Made by a program: the position numbers and the translations under genes. The notes beneath the pieces are model-generated. The model was not told the origin of the DNA. It saw only the letters and a list, made by a program, of their open reading frames with translations, and did no database searches. A stretch of DNA of 64,000 nucleotides, from assembly GCF_044704955.1 (NCBI RefSeq), contig NC_091978.1, positions 356,624,001 through 356,688,000 on the forward strand, given 5' to 3'. How positions within the stretch are numbered: position 1 is the first letter of the stretch; each line of letters begins with the position of its first letter. This DNA is from Pristiophorus japonicus (lineage: Eukaryota). Positions 38,394-53,064 of the stretch are shown piece by piece.

Positions 38394-40701
38394 CTTGAAC
38401 ACAAGAAAACTTATTTTTTTCCTGTCTTTTTAAACGGACACCTGTCGGAACCTGCCTGAATCTGCCCACCGAGCATTCCAATAAAAAGGTACCTGGTAGC
38501 GTGGGGTTATACTAATCCAATGTCCCACAGAGCTCGCTCCCTGCTGTGATTCCCGACACAGCGAGTTCTACTCTGAGCTGCTGTATCTGGGGTAGTAAGT
38601 TGCCAAAAGGAGAGCGAGCGAGTTGATTTTAGTTTGCAGGTTGAAGTAACCCATGCAAATTTTTCTGCTCCTCTCAAAGAGTAGCTCAAACAAGCAGCAG
38701 TAGCAAATGCCTGGAAAAAAGGATGTCTGGTCCCTCTAGTTGACGGAGAATAATTTGTGGTTGAGAGGTGATTTGGACCAGCATAAAAATCGCAGTGCAG
38801 TTGTTGGGGAACTGGCTAAACTCATGGACAGTCGCAGAGATTGTTTTCTTCTGGTCCCACTCAGTTTCTCCCCTCAACAACACTTCAATTTTCACCAGCA
38901 GTGAGCTTTCAAGTACTAGGGCTCTACTTCTTTTAACCCACCCAAGGGTGAATTAAGTTTCCACCATTCATCGGGAAATTAACTAGAACTGTGGGGGCAG
39001 GGGTGGAAGGAGAGTAAAGCAAAAGAGTAGAGCAGACAGATTGGAAGGGAAAGTGAGCTCATGGTTTACAGTGATAGGACAGGACAAGATAATAAAAATG
39101 AATCAGGATGTGGGAAGAAAAACTGCCAAATCGTTATGTACATATATCAACACGCAGTATACCAAACAGAATTGGTGAACTAGAATCCTTGATTCAAATG
39201 GAAATGTGGCTGCAGCTTGGTCAGGATTAGCAATTAAATATTCTCAGGCACAAAACTTTCAGAGGGATAGTGAAGGAAGGGAGGGGGTACCATACTAATT
39301 AGAGGCAATATCGTAGCACTGGAGCGCAAGGAACTAAACAGACATGTGCTCCAAATAAAATCCCTTTGCACTGAGCTGAGGATCAACAAGAGATGAATCA
39401 TATTACTGGGACTTTATTATAAACGATATTACATCACACGTTTGTTATTGGACTGATCAAAAGCTTGGCCAAAGAGGTGGGTTTTATCGAGGTCAGGAGT
39501 TAAAATTCCACCATGACAAGTTGGGTGAAACTGAATTTTTAGGCTAGCAACGGAAAATGACCACAAAATCTTCTGGATTGTCATTAAAAACCCAACTGGT
39601 TCTCCAATGCCTTCTGGGGAAGGAAACCTGCCACCCCTACCCAGTCTGGCCGAGTTGTGACAAGTCCCACACTATGTGGTTGACTCTCCACATCTTCTGA
39701 AGTTAGACAATCGCAACAAGGAGGGGCAACTCTGGACAGGCAATAAATACTGCCTCGCCGCTATCCCCCCAAAAAAATTTTAAAATAAATAACAGCAAAC
39801 AGTGGAAAGATGTTAACAGCAAGAGTCATGGGGAGAAATCTTAATTATACAAAAAGGGAATGGAATTGGGAAAATGTCTGTGAGAAAGGAGAAGGGTTTT
39901 TTGTAAAAAAAAAAGAGTATGCTCAGGACTGTTTTCTCAAGTCAATATGTTGCCCCTCGAACAAGCACTATTTGACTTGGCTCTGTGTAATGAAACAGAG
40001 CACGCAGGTCACCTAAAGGTGGGGGAACATTTGGGTAACAGATCAGCACAGAATTAGATGCAGTGCAAAACAGCAAAGGAAAAAGTAATGCTATTGAAAA
40101 GGGCACTTGATTACAAATGGTGAACTTGTAAAAGACCTGAATTATGCTGCAACTGGAGCATTATGCACAGTTGTGAGGAACCCCATTAAAGCATGGATAT
40201 AGACAAAGGGAAAGGTGTCGAATATATTCACTGGGATGATTAGGTTATGGGCAGAGGCTTGAAAAGTTAGGGGCATGTTAGGGAGCTTTCGGACAGGTTC
40301 AATTCCTGGAGCAAGCAATGATCTGCAGGGCCAAACCTTTTACAGTACTGTGTTCTTGTCTGTGCTGTAGTGTGCTGCAGCAGAAACTTTTTCAGTGTTG
40401 TTCCAATTAAAAGCTAAGATAAATGTAATATTAGTAGTACTGGATGCAATGGTATCCTTCTCTTACTGATACATCAATGCACCTTTTCGGTGTAAAAACA
40501 TGGTAGAGTTTGAAATTCTCTATCTCCACCTTTTGCGTGTTACTATCAAGGTTTTAAAAAAAAACACCCACTTACTTAGAAAATAAATGCAACAGCTGAT
40601 TAATCTTTGCCGAAAATAAATAAAAAAACAATGATGTTAATATATCTTTAGAACAATGTAGCAATCCAAAAACTGTTAGAAAAATTGTCATTCCTGTGTA
40701 C

Positions 40702-40776
40702 CTTCTGTTGCTTTTCAGCTTCTTTTATTTCTTCCGATGCCATCCAGTTAGGTAGATTACGCTGCTGATTGGTCAT
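40702..40776 (-). CDS. WRN: WRN first coding exon (MTNQQRNLPNWMASEEIKEAEKQQK); exon probably starts at 40810
   Basis: ATG at 40776, 25 codons, donor AAG|gtacac, acceptor ctctggcag ending at 40811. QQRNLPNWM resembles the human WRN N-terminal QQRKCPEWM. Confidence 0.85.
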
Positions 40777-41320
40777 CTTCCCACCCTCTAATGCATCCTC
40801 TCAAGGTTATCTGCCAGAGTATAATGAAATCGTTAATAACTACCAGATCTCAGAAGTAAAATTTAGGGAAAGATTCTGTCCGTCAAACACCAACTGGTTA
40901 ATAATCTCACGTCCTGACTAATTTCTGCCATTCGCTAATCATAAGAGAATGGGTGTCTAATTTAAAGACATACAAGATGTGAAATGCTTGGTTCCTCGAA
41001 TCACAATGGAACTACCATTTCAATTTTGACCACATATTTTACAGTATAATCGCACATTGATCTCACAAATATATCCTAGAGACAAGTGAATATTAATTTG
41101 TACTTGTTCCAATATTTTTTTTTTTTTACACGCTCCCGAAAAGTTTACAGCACCCAGAGTTCAAGGCTGATCCTTTAGTGGGTTACTAGTACAAATTTCC
41201 GACACACACTCGCCAAGCAATTCCTATGTTCTTATTATGAATAGGAAAATAGGATTGCTCAGTGTAAAAAGATCATGGTCGATCTAGTTTGCCTTCTACC
41301 ATCCTGGTAGTCACATGATA

Positions 41321-44300
41321 CATAGAAACATAGAAAATAGGTGCAGGAGCAGGCCATTCGGCCCTTCGAGCCTGCACCGCCATTCAATATGATCATGGCT
41401 GATCATGCAACTTCAGTACCCCATTCCTGCCTTCTCTCCATACCCTCTGATCCCCTTAACCGTAAGGGCTACATATAACTCCCTCTTGAATATATCCAAC
41501 GAACTGGACTCCACAACTTTCTGTGGTAGAGAATTCCACAGGTTTACCACCACCTCATTTTGATCCTATATGGCTTACCCTTATCCTTAGACTGTGACCC
41601 CTGGTTCTGGAATTCCCCAACATCGGGAACATTCTCCCTGCATCTAACCTGTCCAGTCCTGTCATAATTTTATATGTTTCTATGAGATCCCCTCTCATTC
41701 TTCTAAATTCCAGTGAGTATAAGACTAGCCGATCCAGTCTTTCTTCATATGTCAGTCCTGCCATCCCGGGAACTAGTCTGGAGAACCTTCACTGCACTCC
41801 CTCAATAGCAAGCACGTCCTTCCTCAGATTAGGAGACCAAAACTGCACACAATATTCAAGGTATGGTCTCACCAAGGCCCTGTACAACTGCAGTAAGACC
41901 TCCCTGCTCCTATACTCAAATCCTCTCGCTATGAAAGCCAACATGCCACTTGCTTTCTTTACTGCCTGCTGTACCTGCATGCCTACCTTCAGTGACTGAT
42001 GTACCATGACACCCAGGTCTCTTTGCACCTCCCCTTTTACTAATCTGTCACCATTCAGATAATAATCTGCCTTCCTGTTTTTGCCACCAAAGTGGATAAC
42101 CTCACATGTATCTACATTATACTGCATCTGCCATGCATTTGCCCACTCACCTAACTTGTCCAAGTCACCTGCAGCCGCTTAGCATCCTCCTCACAGCTCA
42201 CACTGCCACCCAGCTTAGTGTCATCTGCAACATTGGAGATATTACCTTCAAGTCCTACATCTAAATCATTGATGTATATTGTAAATAGTTGGGGTTCCAG
42301 CACTGAACCTTGTGGCACCCCACTAGTCACTGGCTGCCATTCTGAAAAGGACCCGTTTATTCCCACTCTTTGCTTCCTGTCTGCCAACAAGTTCTCAATC
42401 CATGTCGATAAATTCCCCCCAAACCATGTGCCTTAATTTTGCACACTAATCTCTTGTGTGGAATCTTGTCAAAAGCCTTTTGAAAGTCCAAATACACCAC
42501 ATCCACTGCTCCTCCCTTATCCACTCTACTAGTTACTTCCTCAAAAAACTTTAGAAGATTTGTCAAGCATGATTTCCCTTTCATAAATCCATGCTGACTT
42601 GGACCGATCCTGTCACTGCTTTCCAAATGCGCTGCTATTTCATCTTTAATAATTAATTCCAGCATTTTCCCACCATCAATGTCAGGCTAACCAGTCTATA
42701 ATTCCCTGTTTTCTCTCTCCCTCCTTTTTAAAAAAAGTGGGGTTACATTAGCTAGCCTCCAATCCATCGGTGCTGATCCAGAGTCCATGGAATTCTGGAA
42801 AATGACCACCAATGCATCTACTATTTCTAGAGCCACTTCCTTAAGTACTCTGGGATGCAGACTATCAAGCCCTGGGGATTTATTGGCCTTCAGTCCCATC
42901 AGTTTCCCCAACACCATTTCTTGACTAATAAGGATTTCCCTCAGTTCCTCCTTCCCGCTAGACCCTCGGTCCCCTAGTATTTTTGGGAGGTTATTCGTGT
43001 CTCCACTGACACCTGGGAGTCCTTGGCCATAGACCACCCTAAGTGGAGGAAGTGCATTCGAGAGAGCCCTGAGCTCCTCGAGTATCATCACCGAGAGCAT
43101 GCAGAAATCAAGCGCAGGCAGCGGAAGGAGCGTGCGGCAAACCAGGCTCCCTGCCCACTCTTTCCCTCAGCGACTATCTGTCCCATCTGTGACAGAAACT
43201 GTGGTTCTCGTATTGGACTGTACAGCCACCTAAGAACTCATACTAAGAGTGGAAGCAAGTCTTCCTCGATCCCGAGGGACTGCCTATGATGATGAGTGAA
43301 GACACAACCAAAGTATTTGTTCAATTGGTCTGCCATTTCCTTATTCCCCATTATTAATTCACTTGATTCTGACTGCAAGGGGCCTACATTAGTCTTCACT
43401 AATCTTTTTCTCTTCACATATCTATAGACGCTTTTGCAGTCAGTTTTTATGTTCCCTGGAAGCTTACTCTGATACTCTATTCTCCCCCTCCTAATTAGAC
43501 CTTTAGTCCTCCTCTGCTGAATTCTAAATTTCTCCCAGTCCTCAGGTTTGCTGCTTTTTCTGGCCAATTTATATGCTTCTTCCTTGGATTTAACACTATC
43601 CCTAATTTCACTTGTTAGCCATGGTTGAGCTACCTTTCCTGTTTTATTTTTACGCCAGACAGGGATGTACAATAGTTGTAATTCATCCATGTGATCTTTA
43701 AATGTCTGTCAATGCCTATCCACCGTCAACCCTTTAAGTATCATTCGCCAGTCTATTCTAGCCAAATCACGTCTCATACCATCGAAGTTTCCTTTCTTTA
43801 AGTTCAGGACCCGAGTCTCTGAGTTAACTGTGTCGCTCTCCATCTTAATAAAGAATTCTACCATATTATGGTCACTCTTCCCCAAGGGGCCACGCATGAC
43901 CAGATTGCTAATTAATCCTCTCTCGTTACACAAGACCCAGTCTAGGATGGCCTGCTCTCTAGTTGGTTCCTCGACATATTGGTCTAGAAAACCATCCCTT
44001 ATACACTCCAGGAAATCCTCCTCCACAGTATTGCTACCAGTTTGGTTCGCCCAGTCAATATGTAGGTTAAAGTCACCCATGATAACTGCTGTACCCTTAT
44101 TACATGCGTCCCTAATTTCCTGTTTGATGCCATCCCCAACCACCCTACCACTGTTTGGTGGTCTGTACACAACCCCAACTAACGTTTTCTGCCCTTTGGT
44201 GTTTTGCAGCTCTACCCATATAGATTCCACATCATCCAAGCCAATGTCCTTCCTTACTATTGCATTAACCTCCTCTTTAACCATTAATGCTACCCCATCT

Positions 44301-45370
44301 CCTGTTTCTTCCTGTCTATCCTTCCTGAATATTGAATACCCCTGGATGTTGAGTTCCCAGCCTTGGTTACCCTGGAGCCATGTCTCCGTAATCCCAATTA
44401 CATCATATCCGTTAACAGCTATCTGCGCAGTTAATTCGTCCACCTTATTACTAATGCTCCTTGCATTGAGACTCAGAGCCTTCAGGCATGTTTTTTTAGA
44501 ATTATGTTGTAATGTAACCCTTTTTGATTTTTGCCCTTGATTTCTCTGCCCTCCACTCTTGCTTTTCTCCTTCCTACCTTTTGCTTCTGCCCCCTGCCTC
44601 CCTGTATAGGTTCCCATCCCCCTGCCATATTAGTTTAACCCCTCCCCAACAGCACTGGCAAACATTCTGCCTAGGACATGGGTTCCAGTCCTGCCCAGGT
44701 GCAGACCGTCCTGTTTGTACTGGTCCCACCTCCTGCAGAACTGTTCCAATGCCCCAGGAACTTGAATCCCTCCTCCTTGCACCATTCCTCAAGCCACGTA
44801 TTCATCTGAACTAGCCTGCAATTCCTACTCTGACTAGCACGTGGCAGTGGTAGCAATCCTGAGATTTAACTCCTCGCTCCCTAAATTCAGCTTGTCGGAC
44901 CTCATCCCCATTATTTACCTATATTGTTGGTACCAATATGCACCACGACAGCTGGCTGTTCCCCCTCCCCCTCCCCCTCCCCCTCCAGAATGTGCTGCAG
45001 CCGCTCCGAGACATCCTTGACCTTTGCACCAGAGAGGCAGCATACCAGCCTGGAGTCTCGTTTGCGGCTGCAAAAACGCCTATCTGTTCCCCTTACAATG
45101 GATCCCCTATCACTATAGCTCTCCCACACTTTTTCTTGCCCTCCTGTGCAGCAGAGCTACCCATGGTGCCATGAACTTGGCTGCTGCTGCCTTCCCCTGA
45201 TGAGTCATCTCCCCCAACAGTACCCAAAACGGTGTATCTATTTTGCAGGGGACCCCTGCACTACCTTCCTTCCACTGCTCTGCCTGATGGTCACCCATTC
45301 CCTATCTGCCTGAGTAACCTTTACCTGCGGTGTGACCAACTCACTAAATGTGCTATTCACGACATCCCCC
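41321..45370 (-). mobile_element. Near full-length CR1 with an RTE 3' fragment inserted at 43003-43295 (+)
   Basis: ORF 43709..44617 (APE), RT ORFs at 41555-42665 and ORF1 esterase remnants (VHIGTN). Confidence 0.92.
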
Positions 45371-46509
45371 ATGATAATGGAGTTGTTGAATAATCATAGC
45401 AATCGCTCCATCAATTAGTCTACTACGGACCCAGTCATGAAACAAGGAAAACCCCAGCTGCGGAGTGCTTTGGGAACCGTAGGCCCAGAGTCACCTTTTT
45501 CGCTCTCAAGCACGCTACACTCAGCACACGTCATGTCTCAAATTACTCATGTGCTGTATCCCAAAATTTTCATTTCTTAAATAATTTTATATAATTTGCA
45601 TTTGAATGAATTAATACTAATTGCTTCCACTGTCTCCCTTGGGAGCCATAAATCATTACATAATATGACATATTTTTATTAATCAGAGTAAAATGAAGGG
45701 TTTGTGGCAACTGAAAGCTTCGGAGGCTCTAAAGCGTTCCAGAATCTCCACTTGACTTTGTCTTCGCCCTCAAAACATTTTCTGGATTGGAAGTTCTACT
45801 AGTTCAGTCAATACCTTTTCATTTCCCTCTGTGTGATTGTACTGCTGCACTAAGCTCGGTACAGTAATAATAGTTGTTACTTGAAAGTAACAAAAAAAAA
45901 CAAAAAGTAGGATGTGACAAGGGTTTCATTCCAAGAACATGTTTTGTTGCCATGGAGAAATATTAACGGTGAATTATTTGCCAATATTATTGTCAAATTT
46001 ATCTGTTTGTCTGTAACAATGGGATGATTTACCATGTTAAAGTCGCTACATAGATAAAAGTTATTATTATTAATAAAATGTCACCTTCACTTGTAACTAA
46101 GACTTCAGCTTAGTTATTTGGGTTGTGCTACTTGTTGGGAAGTGGTTGCACATGATTGACATATTGCATGTTTCTAAAAGTTGTATGTGACAGCTGGAAA
46201 TGAGAATTGGCTCAAGTTCTTTTTTTGTTGTACTGAATCTTTATCAAAAAAACTGTGCGACAACAAATGAAGTGTAATACAAGAAACAACTAAAGCCAAG
46301 AGACAATTAAAACGAAGTGAAGGCCTTGGCTGAATGGTAGCACTTTCAACTGAGTCAGAAGGTTGTGGGTTCAAGTCTCACGCCAGAGACTAGAGCACAT
46401 AATCTAGATGAACACTTCAGTGCTGCGCTGCCGGAGGTGCCGTCTTTTAGATGTAGCGAAGCATCAGCTCTCAATCAAGTCTCTGAAGTGGGACTTGAAC
46501 CCACAACCT

Positions 46510-47710
46510 GTCTGCAGCCATTGACACGGTTGACCACTCCATCCTTCTCCAACGCTTCTTCACCGTCATCCAGCTGGGTGGGACTGGATTGGCTTGGTTC
46601 CAGTCTTATCTATCAAATCGTAGCCAGAGAATCACCTGCAACGGCTTCTCTTCCTGCTCCCGCATCGTTACCTCTGGTGTCCCCCAAGGATCTATCCTTG
46701 GCCAACTCCTATTTCGCATCTACATGTTGCCCCTTGGCAACATCATCCGAAAACACAGCATCAGCTCCCACATGTACGCCGATGACACCCAGCTCAACCT
46801 CACTACCCACTTCGCTCGACCCCGCCACGATCTCTAACTTGTCAGGCTGCTTGTCTGACATCCAATTCTGGATGAACAGAAATTTTCTCCAATTAAATAT
46901 TGGGAAGACGGAAGCCATCATTTTCGGTCCCGACCACAAACTCCGTTCCCTGGCCACTGATGCCCTCTGTTCTCAACCTTGGTGTCATTTTTGATCCTGA
47001 AATGAGCATCTGACCACATATCGGCAGCATAATCATGACTTGCCTATTACCTCCGTAACATCATCCGTCTCTGCCCTTGCCTCAGCTCATCCGCTGCTGA
47101 AATCCTCATCCATGCCTTTGTTACCTCTAAACTTGACTATTCCAACGCACTCCTGGCTGGCCTCCCACATTCTACCCTACGTAAACTTGAGGTCATCCAA
47201 AACTCAGTTGCCCATGTGCTACCTCGTATCAAGTCCCGTTCACCCACACCCCGTGCTTGGTGACCTACATTAGCTTCCGATTATGCAACGCCTCGATTTC
47301 AAAACTCTCATCCTTATTTTCAAATTGCTCCATGACTCGTCCCTCCATATCTCTAATCTCCTTCAGCCCTACAACCGCACCCCCCCCCACCCAAACAAGC
47401 ACCGATATAGCTGTGCTTTTTTAATTCTTCCCTCTTGAGAATCCCCGATTATCTCTCAACCATTGGTGGCCATGCCTTCTGCTGTCTAGGGCCCAAGCTC
47501 TGGAATTCCCTTCCTAAACTTCTCTACCTCTCTTTCCACCTTTAAGACACTCCTTAAAACCTACCTCTTTGTCCAAGCTTTCGATCACCTGCCCGAATTT
47601 CTCCTTATGTGGCTCAGTGTCAAATTTTGTGATTCATAATGCTCCTGTGAAGCACCTTGGGACATTTTACTACGTTAAAGATGCTATGTGAATACAGGTT
47701 GTTGTTGTTG
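46510..47710 (+). mobile_element. L2 LINE 3' fragment with RT remnants
   Basis: WFQSYLSNRSQ, GVPQGSILG, MYADDTQ and LQLNIGKTE, with a (GTT)n tail. Confidence 0.85.
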
Positions 47711-49139
47711 AAAGACAACAGCATTGCTGACCCACTCATTATCTCTGGTACACAAGTGTCTAGGAGGTGCGTTGTCCAGCAGTCTGCAGAGAGCTCAGCA
47801 GTGACTAATTTTAGCTCTATGCCTGCTGTGGCCAGCAGGGGAAAAAAGGAAAAAGAAAACTTGCATTTATTATCATGACCTCAGAACATCGCAAAGTGCT
47901 TTACAGCCAACTAAGTACTTTTGCAGTCACAATAAGAACATAAGAAATAGGAGCAGGAGTAGGCCATATGGCCCCTCGAGCCTGCTCCGCTATTTAATAC
48001 GATCATTGCTGATCCGATCATGGACTCAGGTCCACTTCCCTGCCCGCTCCCCATAACCCCTTAATCCCTTATCGGTTAAGAAGATGTCTATCTCTGTCTT
48101 AAATTTATTTGTCCCAGCTTCCAAGCTCTCTGAGGCAACAAATTCCACAGATTTACAACCCTGAGAAGAAATTCCTCCTCATCTCTATAATGTAGGAAAC
48201 GGCAAGGTCCCACAAACAGCAATGGGATAATTACCAGATAACTTTTAGTGATGTTGGTTGGGGAATAAATATTGGCCAGGACACATCCAACTGAAAGGGC
48301 AGTCGAGGCCTCCATTAAACATCTCTTCCAAAATATGGCACCTCCCACAGTGCAGTACTGCACTGGAGTGTCAGCCTGGATAATGTGCTCAAGTCACTGG
48401 AGTGGGAATTGAAACTTGGAATTTGTGACTCGAGATAAGAGTGCTACCCACTGATCCGAAAGACAACTCACTCATTATCTCTGGTGATTCGGGGCTTTTT
48501 AAAATGACATTAACAGCGTGCGTATAAATGCAAGTGCAAGTCTAGGAGGTGTGCTGTCTACAGAAAGAGCTTAGGAGTGAAAGGAAAAAAAGAAAGACTT
48601 GCATTTATATAGCGCCTTTCACGATCACCGGACATCCCAAAGAACTTTACAGCCAACTAAGTTTTTGGAGCGTAGCCCCTGTAGTAATGCAGGAAATGTG
48701 GCGGCCAATTTGCACACAACAAGCTCGCATAAACAGCAATGTGATAATGACCAGATAAGTTGTTTTAGATGTTGATTGAGGGATAAATATTAGCCAGGAC
48801 ACAGAGGATAACTCCCCTGCTCTACTTCAAAATAGTGCAATGGGATCTTTTATGTTCACCCGACAGCAGACGGGGCCTCGGTTATTAACATCTCATCCGA
48901 AAAACGGCACCTCCAACATCGCAGCACTCCCTCAGCACTGCACTGGAGTGTCAGCCTGGATTTTTTTTTTGTGGTTCAAATCTCTGGAGTGGGACTGGGA
49001 ACCCATCAGCTGTGGACCCAGTGACCAATTGTAACTCTGTGCGCCAGCAGGAAAGAAGGTGCACTTTCCTCCTTCAAGACACTCCTTAAAACATACCTCT
49101 TTGACCAAGCTTTTGGTCACCTGCGCTAATTTCTACTTA

Positions 49140-52100
49140 TAAGAACATAAGAAATAGGAGCAGGATTAGGCCATTTGGCCCATTGGGCTTGCTCCGCCAT
49201 TCAATATGATCAAGGCTGATCTGATCATGGATTCAGTTACATTTCCCTGCCCGCTCCCCATAATCCTTTACTCCCTTATTGCTCAAAAATCTGTCTATCT
49301 CCATCTTAAATATATTCAATGACCCAGCCTCCACAGCTCTCTGGGGCAGAGAATTCCATAGATTTACAACCCTCAGAGAAGAAATTCCTCCTCATTTCAG
49401 TTTTAAATGGGTGATCTCTTATTCTGAGACTATGTCCCCTAGTTTTAGTTTCCCTTATGAATGGAAATATCCTTTCTGCATCCACCTTATCGAGCCCCCT
49501 CATTATCTTATATGTTTCGATAAGATCACCTTTCATTCTTCTGAACTCCCACATCTCCGGAATCAATCTCGTGAACCTTCTCTGAACAGCCTCCAATGCA
49601 AGTACAGGTATATCCTTCCTTAAAGACGGAGACCAAAACTGTACACAGTACTCGAGGTGTGGCCTTATCAATACCCTGTACAGTTGTAGCAGGACTTCTC
49701 TACTTTTATCCTCTATCCCTCTTGCAATAAAGGCCAACATTCCATTTGCCTTCCTGATTACTTGCTGTACCTGCATACTAACTTTGTGTTGCATGCACAA
49801 AGACCCCCAGGTCCCTCTGTACTGCAACACTTTGCAATGTTTCTCCATATAAATTGTAATTTGCTTTTCTATTTTTTCTGCCAAAGTGGATAACCTCATA
49901 TTTTCCCACATTATATTCCATCTGCTAGATTTTTGCCCACTCACTTAGCCAGTCTATGTCCCTCTGCAGATATTTTGTGTCCTCATCACAATTTGCTTTC
50001 CCACCCATCTTTGTATCATTAGCAAATTTGGCTACATTACACTCGGTCCCTTTATCGAAATCATTAATATAGTTTGTAAATAGTTGAGGACCCAGCATCG
50101 ATTCCTGCGGCACCCCACTAGTCACTGTTTGCCAACCGTAAAATAACCCATTTATCCCGACTCTCTGTTTTCTGTTAGTTAGCCAATCCTCTGTCCATGC
50201 TAAAGAACAAGTGGTGGATGGAGAAAGCACAGGAGATACAGCAGTTGGCCGACAGCCATGATGTGCGAGGATTCTTCACCGCAGTCAAGGCCACATATGG
50301 ACCAAACTCCCAAGGCCCCACCCACTCCTGGCCAAGAACGGGGAAACACTCATCAAGGACATCGAGGCAGTCAGGGCCCGCTGGAGGGAGCACTTCAAAA
50401 ATCTCCTCAATCGAGACTCTGCCTTTGACTTGAGTGTTCTCGACTCCATTCCGCAGCATGCTACCTGCCACCACCTCAGTGAGACCCCAACACTGCACGA
50501 GGTAGAAAAAGCCATAAGACAGCTAAAAAACAACAAGGCTACGGAGCGGATGGAATCCCTGCTGAGACACTGAAGTATGGCGGAGAGGCACTGCTGACGC
50601 GAATACAAGACCTCATCTTTCTCATCTGAAGGGAGGAGAGCATGCCGGGAGATCCTAGAGATGCGGTGATCGTGACCATCTTTTAAAAAAAAAAGGGGGG
50701 GACAAGTCCAACTCCAGCAACTACAGAGGAAACTCCCTGCTATCAACCACTGGGAAAGTCATCGCTAGAGTCCTCCTCAACCGTCTTCTCCCCATGGCCG
50801 AGGAGCTCCTCCTGGAGTCGGAGTGCGGATTTTGTCCCCTCTGGGCACAACGGACATGATTTTTGCAGCGCGACAGCTGCAGGAAAAATGCAGGGAACAG
50901 CACCAGCCCTTATACAAGGCCTTCTTCGACCTTACAAAGGCCTTTGACACTGTCAACTGCGAGGGTCTATGGAGCATCCTCCTCCGTTTCGGATGCCCCC
51001 AAAAATACGTCACCATCCTCCACCTGCTCCACGACAACATGCAGGCTGTGATCCTTACCAACGGATCAATCACAGACCCAATTCACCGGGGTTAAGCAGG
51101 GCTGCGTCATTGCCCCAACCCTCTTCTCAATCTTCCTCGCTACCATGCTCCACCTCACAGTTGACAAGCTCCCCGCTGGAGTGGAACTAAACTACAGAAC
51201 CAGTGGGAAGCTGTTCAACTTTCGCCATCTCCAGGCCAGGTCCAAGACCACTCCAACCAGATGCCTGCATCTGTGCACACACGGAGGCTGAACTCCAGGA
51301 CATAGTCGACGTATTTACCAAGATGTATGAAAGCATGGGCCTTATGCTAAACATCAGTCAGACAAAGGTCCTCCACCAGCCTGTCCTCGCCGCACAGCAC
51401 TGCCCCCAGTCATCAAGATCCACAGTGCAGTCCTGGACAACATGGACCACTTCCCTTATCTCGGGAGCCTCCTATCAACAAGAGCAGGCATCGACGACAA
51501 GATCCAACACCACCTCCAGTGCGCCAGTGCAGCCTTCGGCCGCCTGAGGAAAAGAGTGTTTGAAGACCAGGCCCTCAAAATCGTCACCAAGCTCATGGTC
51601 TACAGGGCCGTAGTAATACCCGCCCTCCTGTATAGCTCAGAGACGTGGACCATGTACAGTTATCACCTCAAGTCGCTGGAGAAATACCACCAGCGATGTC
51701 TCCGCAACATCCTACAAATCCCCTGGGAGGACCGACGCACAAACGTTAGCGTCCTCGTCCAGGCCAACATCCCCAGCATTGAAGCACTGGCCACACTTGG
51801 TCAGTTCCGCTGGGCAGGCCACATGTGTCAGCCATGCGAACTGAGACTGCCAAAACAAGCGCTCTATTCGGAATTCGTCCACGGCAAACAAGCCAAAGGC
51901 GGGCAGAGGAAACGTTACAAGGACACCCTCAAAGCCTCCCTGATAAAGTGCAACATCCCCACTGACACCTGGGAGTCCCGAGCCAAAGATCGTCCTAAGA
52001 ACTAAATGGAGGTAGTGCATCCGGGAGGGCGCCGAGAGCATGCAGAAATCAAGTGCAGGCAGCGGAAGGAGCGTGCGGCAAACCAGGCTCCCTGCCCACC

Positions 52101-52563
52101 CTTTCCCTCCACGACTATCTGTCCCATCGATGACAGGGACTGTGGCTCTCGTATTGGACTGTACAGCCACCTAAGAACTCATGCTAAGTGTAGAAGCAAG
52201 TCTTCCTCGATTCCGAGGGACTGCCTATGATGACGATTACCCCCAACCCCGTGAACTTTTATCTTGTGCAGTAATCTTTTATGTGGCACCTTATCAAATG
52301 CCTTTTGGAAATCCAAATACACCACATCCACTGGTTCCCCCTTTACTCACCCTGTTCGTTACATCCTCAAAGAACTCCAGCAAATTTATCAAACATGATT
52401 TCCCTTTCATAAAACCATGGCTCTGCTTGATTGAATTATGCTTTTCCAAATGTCCCACTGCTGCTTCCTTAATAATGGACTCGAGCATTATTCCAAAGAC
52501 AGATGTTAGGCAAACTGGTCTATAGTTTCCTGCTTTCTGTCTGCCTCCTTTTTTAAATTGGGG
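49140..52563 (-). mobile_element. CR1 ((TTCTTATG)n-tail subfamily) with an RTE inserted at 50201-52237 (+)
   Basis: CR1 ORFs 49306..49944 and 52294..52488; RTE ORFs 50823..51095, 51442..52005 and 52006..52230. Confidence 0.9.
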
Positions 52564-52680
52564 TGGCAGGGTGTCAAATTTCTATCGCAAAATACTCCTG
52601 TGAAACGTTATGGGCGCTATAAGAATACAAGTTGTTGTTGTTGTAATAAAGGATGCACCCGAGACGCGGCAACAAATTAC

Positions 52681-52900
52681 CGGGTGACAGAGTGGCGGCT
52701 GCTGGTACCGGGGGCTCGCTCTCTCTCCTTCACAGGCCCAAGGCGCACCGGCGGCATCGGAAATCCGCCGAATAACATACAGCTTCCCCACCAACCTCGA
52801 GAGAACACGACGGCACCAAAGCGCTTCCCGATCCCAAATGAAAATCGGTTAACCGCAGCTCGCGCGCCGCCGGACTGAGATGCGCAGGCGCGCGTTCCTC
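52681..52900 (-). other. WRN: Probable non-coding first exon of WRN, in a CpG island
   Basis: CpG-rich, non-repetitive stretch at about 52660-53040. Minus-strand donor CCG|gtaatt at 52680. The 5' limit is a guess. Confidence 0.5.
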
Positions 52901-53040
52901 GCTCGATTGACCGTGGCTGCCGTTTTTTTTCCTCTCTCTCCTTCCGATCGACCTCTCGGCGCATGATTAAACCGGTCTTCCCCAGATCTTAGCCCGCTGG
53001 AGTGACAGCAGTGCCTGCTGGTTGTCATGGTGACGGGCGG
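52860..53040. promoter_or_regulatory. CpG-island core promoter with NRF1-like and RFX X-box motifs
   Basis: TGCGCAGGCGCG at 52881-52892, GTTGTCATGGTGAC at 53021-53034 and GC box GGGCGG at 53035-53040. Motif matches only. Confidence 0.5.
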
Positions 53041-53064
53041 TCCTTCTTCCCTGCCTCACCTTCA

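Noticed and set aside
43830-44540. 236-aa plus-strand ORF (similar ORF at 18790..19335)
   Set aside because: Antisense frame of the CR1 endonuclease; it recurs only because the element does.
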